A stretch of 64,000 nt of DNA. Origin: a virus. Numbering within the stretch: position 1 is the first letter of the stretch; every line of letters starts with the position of its first letter. Position numbers and translations under genes: made by a program. The notes below the pieces were generated by a model. The model was not told the origin of the DNA, did no database searches, and worked only from the letters and a program-made list of their open reading frames with translations. Below, piece after piece: positions 63,627 through 64,000 of the stretch. The stretch spans positions 1-64,000 of IMG/VR virus record IMGVR_UViG_3300017917_003732. One strand, 5' to 3'.

Positions 63627-64000
63627 CTAGAAGACGAGCCCCTCTCGGGTCAAACCGATACCTGGATTCACATTGGGGGGCCAAGGGACCGAAAGCTTGA
63701 CAACATTGGGGATGGCCGTAGACCCACCCACGACCAGACGAGTACCATTGCCGGTTGTGCGGCACCGAGCTTCAGCACCGGCTACCTCGCGAATAAAATC
63801 AATTTGCCCAGCATACCCATACCAATTCGGGGCCTCCCACATAGCAAGAGGGATAGGGAAGTCGTCTAAGACAGGAATAGAAAAGTACTTGTTAGGCAAT
63901 CCTAAAACATAGGGTGATAGCGAGTCAAAAAAAGTCTGATAGCGATCAATGAGCAAGCCCTTGACACCATTTACTGCTGGGTCTGGACCAGGGATCCCCC
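63627..64000 (-). CDS. putative virion protein, tandem paralog 3 (5' end outside window)
   Basis: PNKYF..P..D..P, GYAGQIDF, GTRLVVG and VPW motifs match the paralogs' C-termini. Confidence 0.7.
   Translation of the reverse strand, partial: GIPGPDPAVNGVKGLLIDRYQTFFDSLSPYVLGLPNKYFSIPVLDDFPIPLAMWEAPNWYGYAGQIDFIREVAGAEARCRTTGNGTRLVVGGSTAIPNVVKLSVPWPPNVNPGIGLTREGLVF

Noticed and set aside
34142-63912. Numerous 60-190 aa antisense or alternate-frame ORFs inside the structural genes
   Set aside because: They are shadow ORFs of long coding frames, with no SD, motifs or coupling.
61134-64000. Diversity-generating retroelement TR/VR pair
   Set aside because: Both copies are full genes differing at all base types, and no reverse transcriptase is present in the window.
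1-64000. Stop-codon reassignment, tRNAs, rRNA, CRISPR arrays, integrase or transposase
   Set aside because: Long ORFs are intact in the standard code and end in TAA, TAG and TGA. I saw no cloverleaf, spaced direct repeats or recombinase motifs by eye.

Overview
The window is a segment of a large, jumbo-like tailed dsDNA phage genome. It is roughly 50% GC, uses the standard code, is densely coded and lies almost entirely on the minus strand. The left part (1-30.5 kb) holds small hypothetical and Cys-cluster proteins, nucleotide supply genes (MazG-like pyrophosphatase, DHFR, ThyA with an 87-aa insertion, HAD deoxyribonucleotidase), RNase HII, ClpX next to a nitrilase-family amidase, and a DUF2997/DUF1257/Ycf46-type AAA trio. 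It also holds a replication block: family A DNA polymerase with two inteins, a stand-alone CHC2 zinc finger, DnaB-like helicase, degenerate DnaC-like protein and SNF2 helicase. The middle (30.5-34 kb) holds membrane and possible lysis genes plus a J-domain protein. The right part (34-64 kb) holds very large virion (tail/baseplate/fibre) genes and a tandem paralog array. The most novel signals come from reading the sequence directly. (i) A recurrent GGTG-TAnnnT element lies 5-6 nt before several start codons, suggesting leaderless transcripts. (ii) A second T-rich motif lies inside hairpins that mask the ribosome-binding sites of presumed late genes, including an 18-bp stem over the holin-like RBS. 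(iii) A shared basic 'I-x-x-[RK]-[VI]-x-x-R-[FY]' peptide occurs on unrelated proteins in those same operons, a candidate capsid-packaging signal. All family assignments come from motif recognition by eye; no searches were run.
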